Source: a virus | Virus record (IMG/VR): IMGVR_UViG_3300020411_003715 | Span: 96,001 to 160,000 of that record | Length of the DNA: 64,000 nucleotides | Reading direction: 5' to 3' (one strand) | In this document: one piece after another, positions 56,901 through 64,000 of the stretch | How positions within the stretch are numbered: the first letter of the stretch is position 1 | How the letters are laid out: each line of letters starts with the position of its first letter | Program-made: the position numbers and the translations under genes | Notes under the pieces: generated by a model | The model's database searches: none | The model's input: only the letters and a program-made list of their open reading frames with translations | Told to the model about the DNA's origin: nothing

Positions 56901-59900
56901 AGCGTATGCTTCTTGTTGACGAGACGACGAGTGAATTCGGTGTATCCCCAGAGATTGGGGAGTGGTTGCCACTAGAGACTCGCTCAGGCGACCAGTACCT
57001 CACGGTTAATCCGGACTCTGAGCTTACACACGCTACGGCGGATAAAGAGGTTTCAAACCTTGGTGTGGCCAACAGCATCGGACCCAAGCAGGGGGTCCGT
57101 CCAGGGGTATTTCTTTCTAATAACCTCTCCAAGGTAAGGCAGCGGGAGACGGACGGCGCGTACTACCCTGCGCCGGATTTCGACTCCAGATCTACCCCAG
57201 AGGAGATGCAGGACCGGAGTATTTTAGGGTCCATAGAGGGAACTCTTTTAGGTAACTACGTTCACTGGAACAGCAGGGCACAAAGTGTAGGAGACGCTGG
57301 CTTGGGGCTGAAAGATGTCTCCAGCTTTGGTGTGTTCTCTAACGGGGTAATAAAGGGCGGTAAGGCTTGGTCACACAGGCAGCAGAATGATTCCGGGTTC
57401 CCAGAGCACAGGTTAACATTGAACCCCTCAGTGTCTACGCTCTACATAGCTGAGACGTATCTTCTAGTCGGCGGCGCAAAGTGGTATCAGCCGGAGTTCG
57501 TTTTCGATGTTTCGGATGTAAACGCCCCATATAATTTCCAACAAAATGGTGACGCGCTTGTTGTTTGGAACGCTAACGACCGAGAATATAAAGTTAGTGC
57601 GCTAGATTCGGACGGGAATTACCTATTCCACCATAGTTCCCCAGCGCTCAATGGTACTGCTCCGGTGTGGTGGTCTGCGGAAGATATCCCTATCTGCATC
57701 GTTACCTCTGTTAACAACGGGGTCGAGGTCGTTACGGACGTCCGTATGCGTGTTCACAGGCAGGAGCGGAAAACAAGCCTATACGTCGGCTCTGTGGTTC
57801 CTTCTCATGAGACGGTTGACGCTAATGGTGGGTATGTTTCTGACGAGATGAACTTTAGCACCATAGGCGAAGCTCTTAAGGCTATTGAGTGGTGGGATAA
57901 GGGTCAGGTCGACAGGAACTGGACTATCGAAGTTGTTGGGCCAACTACCGAAAAGGGCGACCAGTACCGAGGAATTACCATTCCGTACAAGCTTCCGTGC
58001 AACGGAATAACCGTGCGGGGTCTTCGGGGAAGGGGCACAAAGAGCGCCACTGATGCACAGGGGCACGGGCCTGGGTGGTCAGGACTCACTAAGGGGCTCG
58101 ACACAGTGAAGGCCAATTATAGTGGGGACAGCGGACCGGTTATCACCTGGGGAGATCGGGGCGGTATTCCAAAGTTTGGCCTGTTTGACATGGACTGTCG
58201 GTATGGGATCACCTTTGAGGACCTTTCCTTTGTTTTCGATGGGGACCTAAACAAGTCTTTGCCTGGGCCGAGCATGGTTCAGCAGGGGGACCTTTACCAG
58301 CCGGGTGGCATTGCAGCCACTTATCACCCGTATGGGGCTTGGCCGATGGACTGCTTATTTGTCACTGGGAACGACGCGTACACCAGTGACAACTCGGTCG
58401 ACATGCTCAATGATCGCGAATCCAGGTTTAACACTGCGGGGTACGCGCACCCACTTAACAACCAATCATCTGCATTTGCTGGCGGCTGGACGTTTAGAAA
58501 TATTGATCTGCAAAATGCTGGAGGGCTTTTATGCACGTTGAACTCTTTTTATGAGATTGACGGCATTACTATCGAGAATTGCTCCGCTAGGTCGTGCTTG
58601 AGCTTTGCTACCTTGGGAATCAACACCGGAGACTTAACAGATTCTGGTATAGGATTTCCTAACCAAGATTCTAAGTACATAGCGAACGTATCCATTCGCA
58701 ACAACTACGCTTGTTTCCCGACAGTGAAGCACTATGCGGGAGGGAACCCGGAGGCGAATTCCAGCTACTATCTTGTCCAAGGCTTAGACTGCTTAACCCA
58801 CTGGGTTCCTGTGCAAGGTGGGCAGGTAAACGAGTACAAAAACATCGACGGCCAAGCGGGCGAGGTTACTGGGCTGCACGCTCGATACAGGTCTGGTGTT
58901 TACGCCATGAACTGCAAGCACATAAACGTAGAGAGCAACAGGTTTGAGCGTTTCTACTACGGCATTGCGTTCGCCCCAAACAGCCTCAGGTGGAACAACA
59001 ATTACATGCAGTACTGCGAAGGTGTGATTGATGGTAACACGATCACCTACACGCAGAGCACGGGAATCTACGCAACGGCGGCCCACCCGAAAGCAAACAT
59101 CACGATCACCAACAACACGGTCACAGACCCGGGGATGCCTTTGGGGGCGACTACGTATGATCCAGCAGAGCCGGGGTCAACAAAGTGGGGGCCGAACATT
59201 TTTGACCTAGAGGCTTGGTGCATTAAGGCTATGGGTAAGGGATATACAATTTCCGGAAACCGGCTCCAGAACACTTGGCGACAGTCTTCCAAGCTCAATC
59301 TAGGGTGGCACTCTCACGTCCTGCACACCGACAAGTATCAGGCGGTATTTGATCGGTGTGATAAGACGGGGACGGAGAAGCCAGGGGGCCACAAGACGGC
59401 ATACCAAGCGGGAGCGATTCAGCTATTTTCACACAACTCCATAATGGAGAATGACTCTGGAATAGACACGATTGTCTCTGGGAACAGCATTACTGTCGCT
59501 GGGCGCGCAATTATCGGGGTATGTCTCACGAACAGGGTTCCAAACGCCATCTTCACCGACAACTCTATTAACTTTGAGCCCCAGTTCAGGCATGAGTACA
59601 ACAATAACGATGTTGTTCATAACCGCATCACCGGCTCAACGAACTCACGGATAAATGACGCCGCACACAAGCTTCCTTGGGGTTTTTGGGTGGGGGATAA
59701 CTGTCACGAACTTAAGATCACGAATAGCCGAATTGGGGGGTCGATTCGTATCGGCGCGAACTCCCCTCGGTGTGAAATCTCAGGAAACACGATAAGCGCC
59801 GACTCGTTTAGGTATAAAAGCACTAACCTTAACAATGATGCCACACGGTCTAACACGGTTATCAGCGTTGCCGGGAACTGTCCGGAGACTACTATACATA

Positions 59901-62131
59901 ACAATAGGGTCAGCCTCGGGTTCATTAACATCGGCACCCCAGTCAGCTCGATGTACAACTGCTCAATAACCAACAATGACCTAACATTTCAAAACCAAAA
60001 TCTGATGGAGTACTCAACAAACGAGCTGAGGGACATGCTAACCGCCCCTCCTACCGGGTGGCCTGACCCCTACCCAAACGAGCCTGATGAGAATTGGGAT
60101 TGCCCAACTGGAATCTGGGTTGATGGCTTCGCTGCAAATCTAAGCATTAACCATAACAGGACATACGGCGGGCAGATCCGTATCGCGGGGGCCTCGGCCT
60201 CACCTTCATTGAAAGTCATAGGCAACAGCACGGGCAGCCTAAATAGCACGAGACGTGTTACCTATGACCATTCTGGCCAGCCGAATAATGACCATGCATT
60301 CTACACGCCCATAGCCCCTTATCGGGACGTATTAGGCGCGGATATTATAGTTGGAATGGCAGACGACGTAGTTGTTTCAGACAACGATACTGCTGGCGGG
60401 AGCATCCGGTTGGGCGCGCACGGCAACGGGCCTCTGAACAACCCAAGCTTTTATGTAGGGGCTGTCAACAACCTCACTGCTTCCGGGAATATACTCAACG
60501 GTGGATCGATCCTGTTTTCTGGTTGCAATGCGTCTATAGCGAACAACATCCTTTGGACCGGGCGCGCTAATCAGACAGGCACTGCTGCTGGAACAAACCC
60601 CTACTGGGACAGTGGTAGAATCCACGCTTATGATAGTTGGGCGGTCACGATTTCTGGTAACGCTGTTTGTGGACCTATTTTCGCGGAACTTTGTCATGGT
60701 GTGAAGATAGACGGCAATCGTGGCCGATATGGGTTTGAGCTTAAGGAATGTCACAACGCTGTCGTCTCCAGGAATAGCTTTATAGGCATGAACTGGCGGG
60801 ACTACAGCGGCAACGGTCTCGTAAATGACTCAGTTAACGTATCTATCGACAACAACAAGATGTCGACAGCCGAAGGACAGCAAGTTGAGTTTGGTAAGCA
60901 TGATTACAGAAATACACTAGATCTTCTTCCTGTGATTTTCCCTGCGGACAGTCTGGCGGAAGCGGTACAGCCTTCGTGGGTAGATATTTGGGGAGCGGAG
61001 GGATGGAAGTGGGGCCACTCAGGCACTACGGACATGAGCGATGGCCCACCCGTGCCCGGGAGTATATCCGTAGTTATTGGGGGCGCGACGCAGTACCACC
61101 AGAACAGCGCCCACCCAACTATCGAAACGTGCGGAGGTAAGTTAACTATCCGGAACAGCCCAGGTGTTGTGCTGGACTCCAACCAAGCTAATCAAGCTCA
61201 CCTCTTGAACTGCCCAAAGGCTGTTATTAAGAAAAATAAGTTTAACTTTGGTGGGGCTATGCCGGCCGGAAATAACAACTTCGGGGTAAAGGTTGAATGG
61301 GACACGCAGGGAGCGTCCAGGAATACGACTGTCTTAGAAAATGAGGTTGCTGGAAATATCCAGGTCGGAGTTAGCTTCCCAATTGCGCGGTCGATTTATA
61401 ACAATTTTTATATCGTCGAGAGGAACATAGTGGGCACCATCATGTCCGGCGGACATTATCTCAGGACGAATACTGACAGTGAGAGCTACCCCGACGGCGT
61501 AGGCTGGCCCGATTTTTACAACTCGATTGGCCTGGGTACTGATTATAAACGCGCCTGGAAGGGTGGCGGAGGTTATATCGTAGTCGATGAGAAGGGTGGC
61601 GCTGTCATTAAAGGCAATGACACCGTGTCCAAGGATTATTTCGGTTCCAGCACACTCCTTTTAAGCACTGTTTTTGAGGATGATTATGCGACCGAACACA
61701 CACCCATGTATCTGGGAATGAACTTTGGGGCCATTCTAGTTAACAGGTATAGGCACTATCAGGCATCAAAAGAAACTTTTGCTGACGGTACCGTTGGCAC
61801 GTTTAACTTTTTTGTTAGTAATGGAACAGCGATGCTCCTCGGAAACCGTACTGGTTGGACAATGCTGGGGCAGGGGATGTGCGTGAGGAATGTCGAGTAC
61901 GACAACCCGACAGACAGGAACATCGTCAGTATCGAGGAAGCGGAAGATGAGCAGACAAGTAACAAAGGTTTCGGTATCTTGGCGAACAAGAAAAACGTTT
62001 TTGTCGGCGTCGGGAACCCTATCTCCAACGGCTTTAAGCACAAGTTTTACGATGGATTGAATAGGAGTTCGCCCGTAGGAGGGATTCACAAGGGTGATAT
62101 GCAGGATGAGTGGGATCCTGGCGACGAATAA
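53924..62131 (+). CDS. Giant tailspike / receptor-binding protein with C-terminal right-handed beta-helix (pectin-lyase-like)
   Basis: AAGGAG RBS. From ~57850, NFSTIGEALKAI...IEVVG is followed by many I-x-x-N-x-I/F rungs (ITIENC, VSIRNN, INVESNRF, VIDGNTI, ITITNNTV, TISGNRL). Confidence 0.75.
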   Translation: MSYKYFGRLAGGIPTAKQALKETAPPNTKTPFNAQAPATKFLAYGEDATSLAFNRAFAALSANADYLAHVLDSPTVKDVTLSPTRQTAVSAGNDTPDDIALGPEGYYESGLSTLSGGTSSASSLVHLLDTSNGAGGESKTPITWVYLGLHKSKIGSNVQFYQTSPNTLHHSYSSSYTGTAHVGPQVGGVGGLSDPYATHTTTPIDAYRNSADANAGVSYWSMDYKLGGDQKYLANVSEGMPIHVPPIQRIKAQVTPYAGDWKAVNIYKFDSDGVYLQDHTFSELFLRPGCFVEISGDGDEHVNHGNNGLFQIASVIGSDHKPADGGQGDKAILTRGGLCRVTVRDWRVFGRGEMVSWASAPNHNVDVNKPGERDNYAYVAYIVPRPDIEVAPASGDYPGDLYLSAHSALDDFKHGDSGRRIGSPSNAGSARYEGIGNAGFGTLDPEDPVKDHLGNEINNALQNHGILPGTRLYHGHAHFYPDQSPWNLPAEYASAYSDVLSKAEGGAIVGPGEPVVFDTTTAAGRVWPCSPAGFSLNPSFHMPDDNQLRNADYMVAAKTLTTVRESLIESSVSAGGVNTFGINSPKEALLDKWLKYVKYGSVTVANANADDLMHGSDKLIGSQALGKVVAPRHDNLNDAWAPTATLLGADLWEVTVVLDSTAGPAVGDQTTFESHYASWKALGNNNIWPTIGNSHELAFWDVSQPYMDGFLGVDAGSERTHTKARIVAVDGNKVTFANVFRAPTSFNSNNTFSHYHLHDGWTENKKLWPITDQGDKSKIKFNIAGSYAIYKVEQIHKAPVTDNLVGNLSIPRTGLDGIYNNSLSANPALRGDLGTAGADNIHVASGTGNEVWVNPARPITLILPGGDELDGLTKHPHEWASGKGEVGLLTKNNNKYYAVMARMTRRYASGDVQNLLHSNDQTTSWNDGEFSLGEPRLEISWRYGSSHAHRLTHGWFNANSDGNEYAPSSWKGLAGTHLFTYSESMVGGYDKSKRMLLVDETTSEFGVSPEIGEWLPLETRSGDQYLTVNPDSELTHATADKEVSNLGVANSIGPKQGVRPGVFLSNNLSKVRQRETDGAYYPAPDFDSRSTPEEMQDRSILGSIEGTLLGNYVHWNSRAQSVGDAGLGLKDVSSFGVFSNGVIKGGKAWSHRQQNDSGFPEHRLTLNPSVSTLYIAETYLLVGGAKWYQPEFVFDVSDVNAPYNFQQNGDALVVWNANDREYKVSALDSDGNYLFHHSSPALNGTAPVWWSAEDIPICIVTSVNNGVEVVTDVRMRVHRQERKTSLYVGSVVPSHETVDANGGYVSDEMNFSTIGEALKAIEWWDKGQVDRNWTIEVVGPTTEKGDQYRGITIPYKLPCNGITVRGLRGRGTKSATDAQGHGPGWSGLTKGLDTVKANYSGDSGPVITWGDRGGIPKFGLFDMDCRYGITFEDLSFVFDGDLNKSLPGPSMVQQGDLYQPGGIAATYHPYGAWPMDCLFVTGNDAYTSDNSVDMLNDRESRFNTAGYAHPLNNQSSAFAGGWTFRNIDLQNAGGLLCTLNSFYEIDGITIENCSARSCLSFATLGINTGDLTDSGIGFPNQDSKYIANVSIRNNYACFPTVKHYAGGNPEANSSYYLVQGLDCLTHWVPVQGGQVNEYKNIDGQAGEVTGLHARYRSGVYAMNCKHINVESNRFERFYYGIAFAPNSLRWNNNYMQYCEGVIDGNTITYTQSTGIYATAAHPKANITITNNTVTDPGMPLGATTYDPAEPGSTKWGPNIFDLEAWCIKAMGKGYTISGNRLQNTWRQSSKLNLGWHSHVLHTDKYQAVFDRCDKTGTEKPGGHKTAYQAGAIQLFSHNSIMENDSGIDTIVSGNSITVAGRAIIGVCLTNRVPNAIFTDNSINFEPQFRHEYNNNDVVHNRITGSTNSRINDAAHKLPWGFWVGDNCHELKITNSRIGGSIRIGANSPRCEISGNTISADSFRYKSTNLNNDATRSNTVISVAGNCPETTIHNNRVSLGFINIGTPVSSMYNCSITNNDLTFQNQNLMEYSTNELRDMLTAPPTGWPDPYPNEPDENWDCPTGIWVDGFAANLSINHNRTYGGQIRIAGASASPSLKVIGNSTGSLNSTRRVTYDHSGQPNNDHAFYTPIAPYRDVLGADIIVGMADDVVVSDNDTAGGSIRLGAHGNGPLNNPSFYVGAVNNLTASGNILNGGSILFSGCNASIANNILWTGRANQTGTAAGTNPYWDSGRIHAYDSWAVTISGNAVCGPIFAELCHGVKIDGNRGRYGFELKECHNAVVSRNSFIGMNWRDYSGNGLVNDSVNVSIDNNKMSTAEGQQVEFGKHDYRNTLDLLPVIFPADSLAEAVQPSWVDIWGAEGWKWGHSGTTDMSDGPPVPGSISVVIGGATQYHQNSAHPTIETCGGKLTIRNSPGVVLDSNQANQAHLLNCPKAVIKKNKFNFGGAMPAGNNNFGVKVEWDTQGASRNTTVLENEVAGNIQVGVSFPIARSIYNNFYIVERNIVGTIMSGGHYLRTNTDSESYPDGVGWPDFYNSIGLGTDYKRAWKGGGGYIVVDEKGGAVIKGNDTVSKDYFGSSTLLLSTVFEDDYATEHTPMYLGMNFGAILVNRYRHYQASKETFADGTVGTFNFFVSNGTAMLLGNRTGWTMLGQGMCVRNVEYDNPTDRNIVSIEEAEDEQTSNKGFGILANKKNVFVGVGNPISNGFKHKFYDGLNRSSPVGGIHKGDMQDEWDPGDE

Positions 62132-62142
62132 CAGTATTAGGT

Positions 62143-62174
62143 AAAAAAAGAGGAGGGGGATAGCCCCCCTCCTC
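62143..62174 (-). terminator. Rho-independent terminator for the - strand gene at 62189..62656
   Basis: 10-bp stem gaggaggggg/ccccctcctc, 5-nt loop, A7 tract on the + strand (U-tract on -). Confidence 0.85.
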
Positions 62175-62188
62175 CCCCTTCGGCTCTC

Positions 62189-62656
62189 TTAGCCTTGATT
62201 ACGCATCTGGCCCTCTACGGACAGCGAGCGTACAATCAAGTCTGCCAGTTCAGCCTTGGCCTTCCCGGCAGTATTGATACCGAGCGATGCGGCCTTCTTC
62301 CGAAGGTCGTTAATGGAAGCAGCGTTCATCAGATCGAGCGCTTGCTCATTCAGGCCTACGGTAAAGAGCGGCTCCTGAAAATTCTCCTTCATCTCGTTCG
62401 CCTGTGCGTACACAGCCGCCGACTCCTCTGCCTCCGCAGCTTCAGCCTTAGCCTTAGCCTTAGCTTCAGCCTTGGCGGCCTTGGCCTCAGCCTTAGCGGC
62501 CTTTTTGGCCTTACGCCAGTCCGAAATTTTTTCGCCCGTCTTGTCCATAGCACGAATGACGTGGACAGCTACGACGGTTGAGAGAACAGCCTTTCCAAGC
62601 TGTTTTGCGGTTGGGCCTGTGATGGCCTGGATAGCAGGTTGCATTAGTCCGTTCAT
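62189..62656 (-). CDS. Early protein with AKAE-rich helix and C-terminal HeH/Rho-N-like domain
   Basis: AAGGAGG RBS; KAKKAAKAEAKAAKAEAKAKAKAE; SINDLRKKAASLGINTAGKAKAELADLI. Confidence 0.7.
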   Translation of the reverse strand: MNGLMQPAIQAITGPTAKQLGKAVLSTVVAVHVIRAMDKTGEKISDWRKAKKAAKAEAKAAKAEAKAKAKAEAAEAEESAAVYAQANEMKENFQEPLFTVGLNEQALDLMNAASINDLRKKAASLGINTAGKAKAELADLIVRSLSVEGQMRNQG

Positions 62657-62715
62657 GGTTTCCTCCTTAAGGATGTTGTGGGACTTTGAAAGAACCTAAT
62701 TGATCCCTTCAATAT

Positions 62716-62746
62716 TCTTATCCCTAAAAAGGGTCTTACTTTTGCA
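62716..62746 (-). promoter_or_regulatory. Candidate phage promoter TGCAA-N20-ATAAGA (copy 1)
   Basis: - strand TGCAAAAGTAAGACCCTTTTTAGGGATAAGA, between a terminator and the RBS; same motif and spacing at 63597-63627. Confidence 0.6.
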
Positions 62747-62756
62747 CCCCTAGGTT

Positions 62757-62777
62757 AAAAAAAGGGGCCGAAGCCCC
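62757..62777 (-). terminator. Rho-independent terminator with C(UUCG)G loop
   Basis: - strand GGGGC-TTCG-GCCCC-TTTTTTT just after the phosphoesterase stop. Confidence 0.9.
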
Positions 62778-62785
62778 CTTTAGTT

Positions 62786-63550
62786 CTAGTTCAGCTCTAG
62801 AGGATCACAGTAAACCGTCTCCGCCTTAATGGTTACGTATCCGTTGACGCCTGCGTAGAAGTCACGAATAATTACCGCGCAGAGATGCCCACCGTGGACA
62901 CATCCGAGGTCGAGACCAGTGGCGTGCTTAAAGGAAACAGGCATGCTCTTGTACAAGAAGGGCTGGTGCCCGAAGAACACATGCCCAAACCTGCCATCAT
63001 AGATGTCTGCCCAGTAGTCGTCTTGGCCGGTTTCTTCGCCAAATACGACCATTGAGCCCGCATCGTTCACGTAGCGAGTGTACATCACTCGATCCACACG
63101 CTTCTTCTCTTTGCCCGACAGCGTGGAGGGGTCATCTGGGAGACTCTCAAGCTTGGGGGTTATTCCTCCATGCACGACCGTGTAGAAGTCCTTTCTGAAG
63201 TACGGCACAACCTTGTGCCGCAACCAGTCCCTAAGGTCTTGGTCTGTGGACTCCATAACGGCGGACAGTTCCTCCGCGCCCTTCATCTCCATGGCCTTGT
63301 CCCGATTGTCCGCCTCCACCTTCTTCCAGAACCGGAAGTTTTTGTTCTCGTGGTTACCTTGAACAATGACCGTATTCTCGTCTCCGAGACTACGAACAAA
63401 GCGAAGAACTCCCGCGCTATCAGGCCCCTTGTCGACAAGATCCCCGACGAAAATAAACTCGTCGACTCCTTTCTCCTTCAGGCTCCCCACAAGCCTCTGT
63501 AGCTCCACGAGACACCCGTGAACGTCGCCGATAATTGCTGTCCCCGGCAT
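62786..63550 (-). CDS. Calcineurin-like metallophosphoesterase (PPP / PrpE / ApaH / Pnkp-phosphatase-like)
   Basis: IIGDVHGC, GDLVDKGPDS, QGNHE, VVHGG, FFGH, GLDLGCVHGG; AGGAGG RBS. Confidence 0.9.
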   Translation of the reverse strand: MPGTAIIGDVHGCLVELQRLVGSLKEKGVDEFIFVGDLVDKGPDSAGVLRFVRSLGDENTVIVQGNHENKNFRFWKKVEADNRDKAMEMKGAEELSAVMESTDQDLRDWLRHKVVPYFRKDFYTVVHGGITPKLESLPDDPSTLSGKEKKRVDRVMYTRYVNDAGSMVVFGEETGQDDYWADIYDGRFGHVFFGHQPFLYKSMPVSFKHATGLDLGCVHGGHLCAVIIRDFYAGVNGYVTIKAETVYCDPLELN

Positions 63551-63596
63551 CGCAACCTCCTTTTGGTTATGTAGCCTGTAAGTAGGTCTACATAAA

Positions 63597-63627
63597 TCTT
63601 ATGCCAATATTAGGTTGTAATATTGCA
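63597..63627 (-). promoter_or_regulatory. Candidate phage promoter TGCAA-N20-ATAAGA (copy 2)
   Basis: - strand TGCAATATTACAACCTAATATTGGCATAAGA, between a terminator and the RBS. Confidence 0.6.
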
Positions 63628-63632
63628 TAGAT

Positions 63633-63673
63633 AAAAAAAGAGGGAGAGGCTGCCGAAGCAACCTCCCCCTCTC
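63633..63673 (-). terminator. Rho-independent terminator with C(UUCG)G loop
   Basis: Imperfect GC-rich stem around cgaa (TTCG on -), with an A7 tract on + at 63633-63639. Confidence 0.85.
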
Positions 63674-63706
63674 ACCACAACCCTGAAGGAGGTCCAGGGA
63701 TTCTAT

Positions 63707-64000
63707 CTATCCGTCGTCGTTCACAACGTACTTGTCCGGCGTTGGGATCTTTGAGAGATCGGCAACCATCTGCTCGTCCTCATCAATTGCGAGAGTGTTT
63801 ACCAGGAACGCTAGCGTGTTGGAGACCATGTTCATTGATTCGGTCTGTTCAATCCGAATTGTGTTTAGGTCTGACTGAAGGGCGCTAACCATCTCTTGTA
63901 GCATCTTGATATTATTACCTTGCTCAGCAATCTTATCAAGGAAGGCAGCGGAGGCGAAGTCTACCCCCCGGTCAAAGTCCTCAATGCTGCTCGCAACCAC
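63707..64000 (-). CDS. Coiled-coil acidic hypothetical protein (probably 5'-truncated by the window edge)
   Basis: Open to base 64000; heptad-like IKMLQEMVSALQSDLNTIRIE. Confidence 0.6.
   Translation of the reverse strand: MVASSIEDFDRGVDFASAAFLDKIAEQGNNIKMLQEMVSALQSDLNTIRIEQTESMNMVSNTLAFLVNTLAIDEDEQMVADLSKIPTPDKYVVNDDG

Noticed and set aside
53924-62131. Diversity-generating retroelement target in the tailspike or fibres
   Set aside because: No reverse transcriptase and no TR/VR near-duplicate pair seen in the window; cannot be excluded for the rest of the genome.
1-64000. Stop-codon reassignment, tRNA or rRNA genes
   Set aside because: ORFs of up to 2735 aa are intact in code 11, all three stop codons terminate genes, and no tRNA cloverleaf or T-loop context was found in the few intergenic gaps.
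1-64000. Bacterial chromosomal eCIS/tailocin locus rather than a phage
   Set aside because: The size, absence of housekeeping genes, phage-type lysin, sigma and early-gene cassettes favour a jumbo phage. Capsid genes are not in the window, so this rests on inference.

Overview
This densely coding 64-kb window reads through in the standard bacterial code and looks like part of a large (jumbo-type) contractile-tailed dsDNA phage genome. Bases 1-62131 are almost all + strand late/virion genes. They include a PG-binding/CHAP lysin, surface Ig/FN3/LamG proteins, a probable tube-initiator and baseplate hub, a gp25-like wedge, a giant (2690 aa) baseplate-J-like protein, a 2318-aa wedge protein, fibres and a 2735-aa beta-helix tailspike. 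From 62189 the strand switches to small - strand genes (HeH/Rho-N-like protein, PPP-family metallophosphoesterase) arranged as terminator-promoter-RBS-gene cassettes sharing a TGCAA-N20-ATAAGA motif. The most striking feature is a family of basic, Gly-zipper-rich proteins interleaved with the structural genes. Ten copies of an N-terminal leader M-N-A-L-E-K-Y-A-A-K-R-K-L (often extended to a second K-x-A) sit on otherwise unrelated payloads, and related K-x-A motifs mark module junctions in larger proteins and precede a sigma-70-family factor. I infer a virion cargo-targeting and protease-processing system that may deliver membrane-active peptides, a permuted papain-like enzyme and possibly a sigma factor. 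No capsid, portal, terminase, sheath, tRNA, CRISPR array or reverse transcriptase was recognised. All family assignments are by eye from motifs and were not checked against databases.
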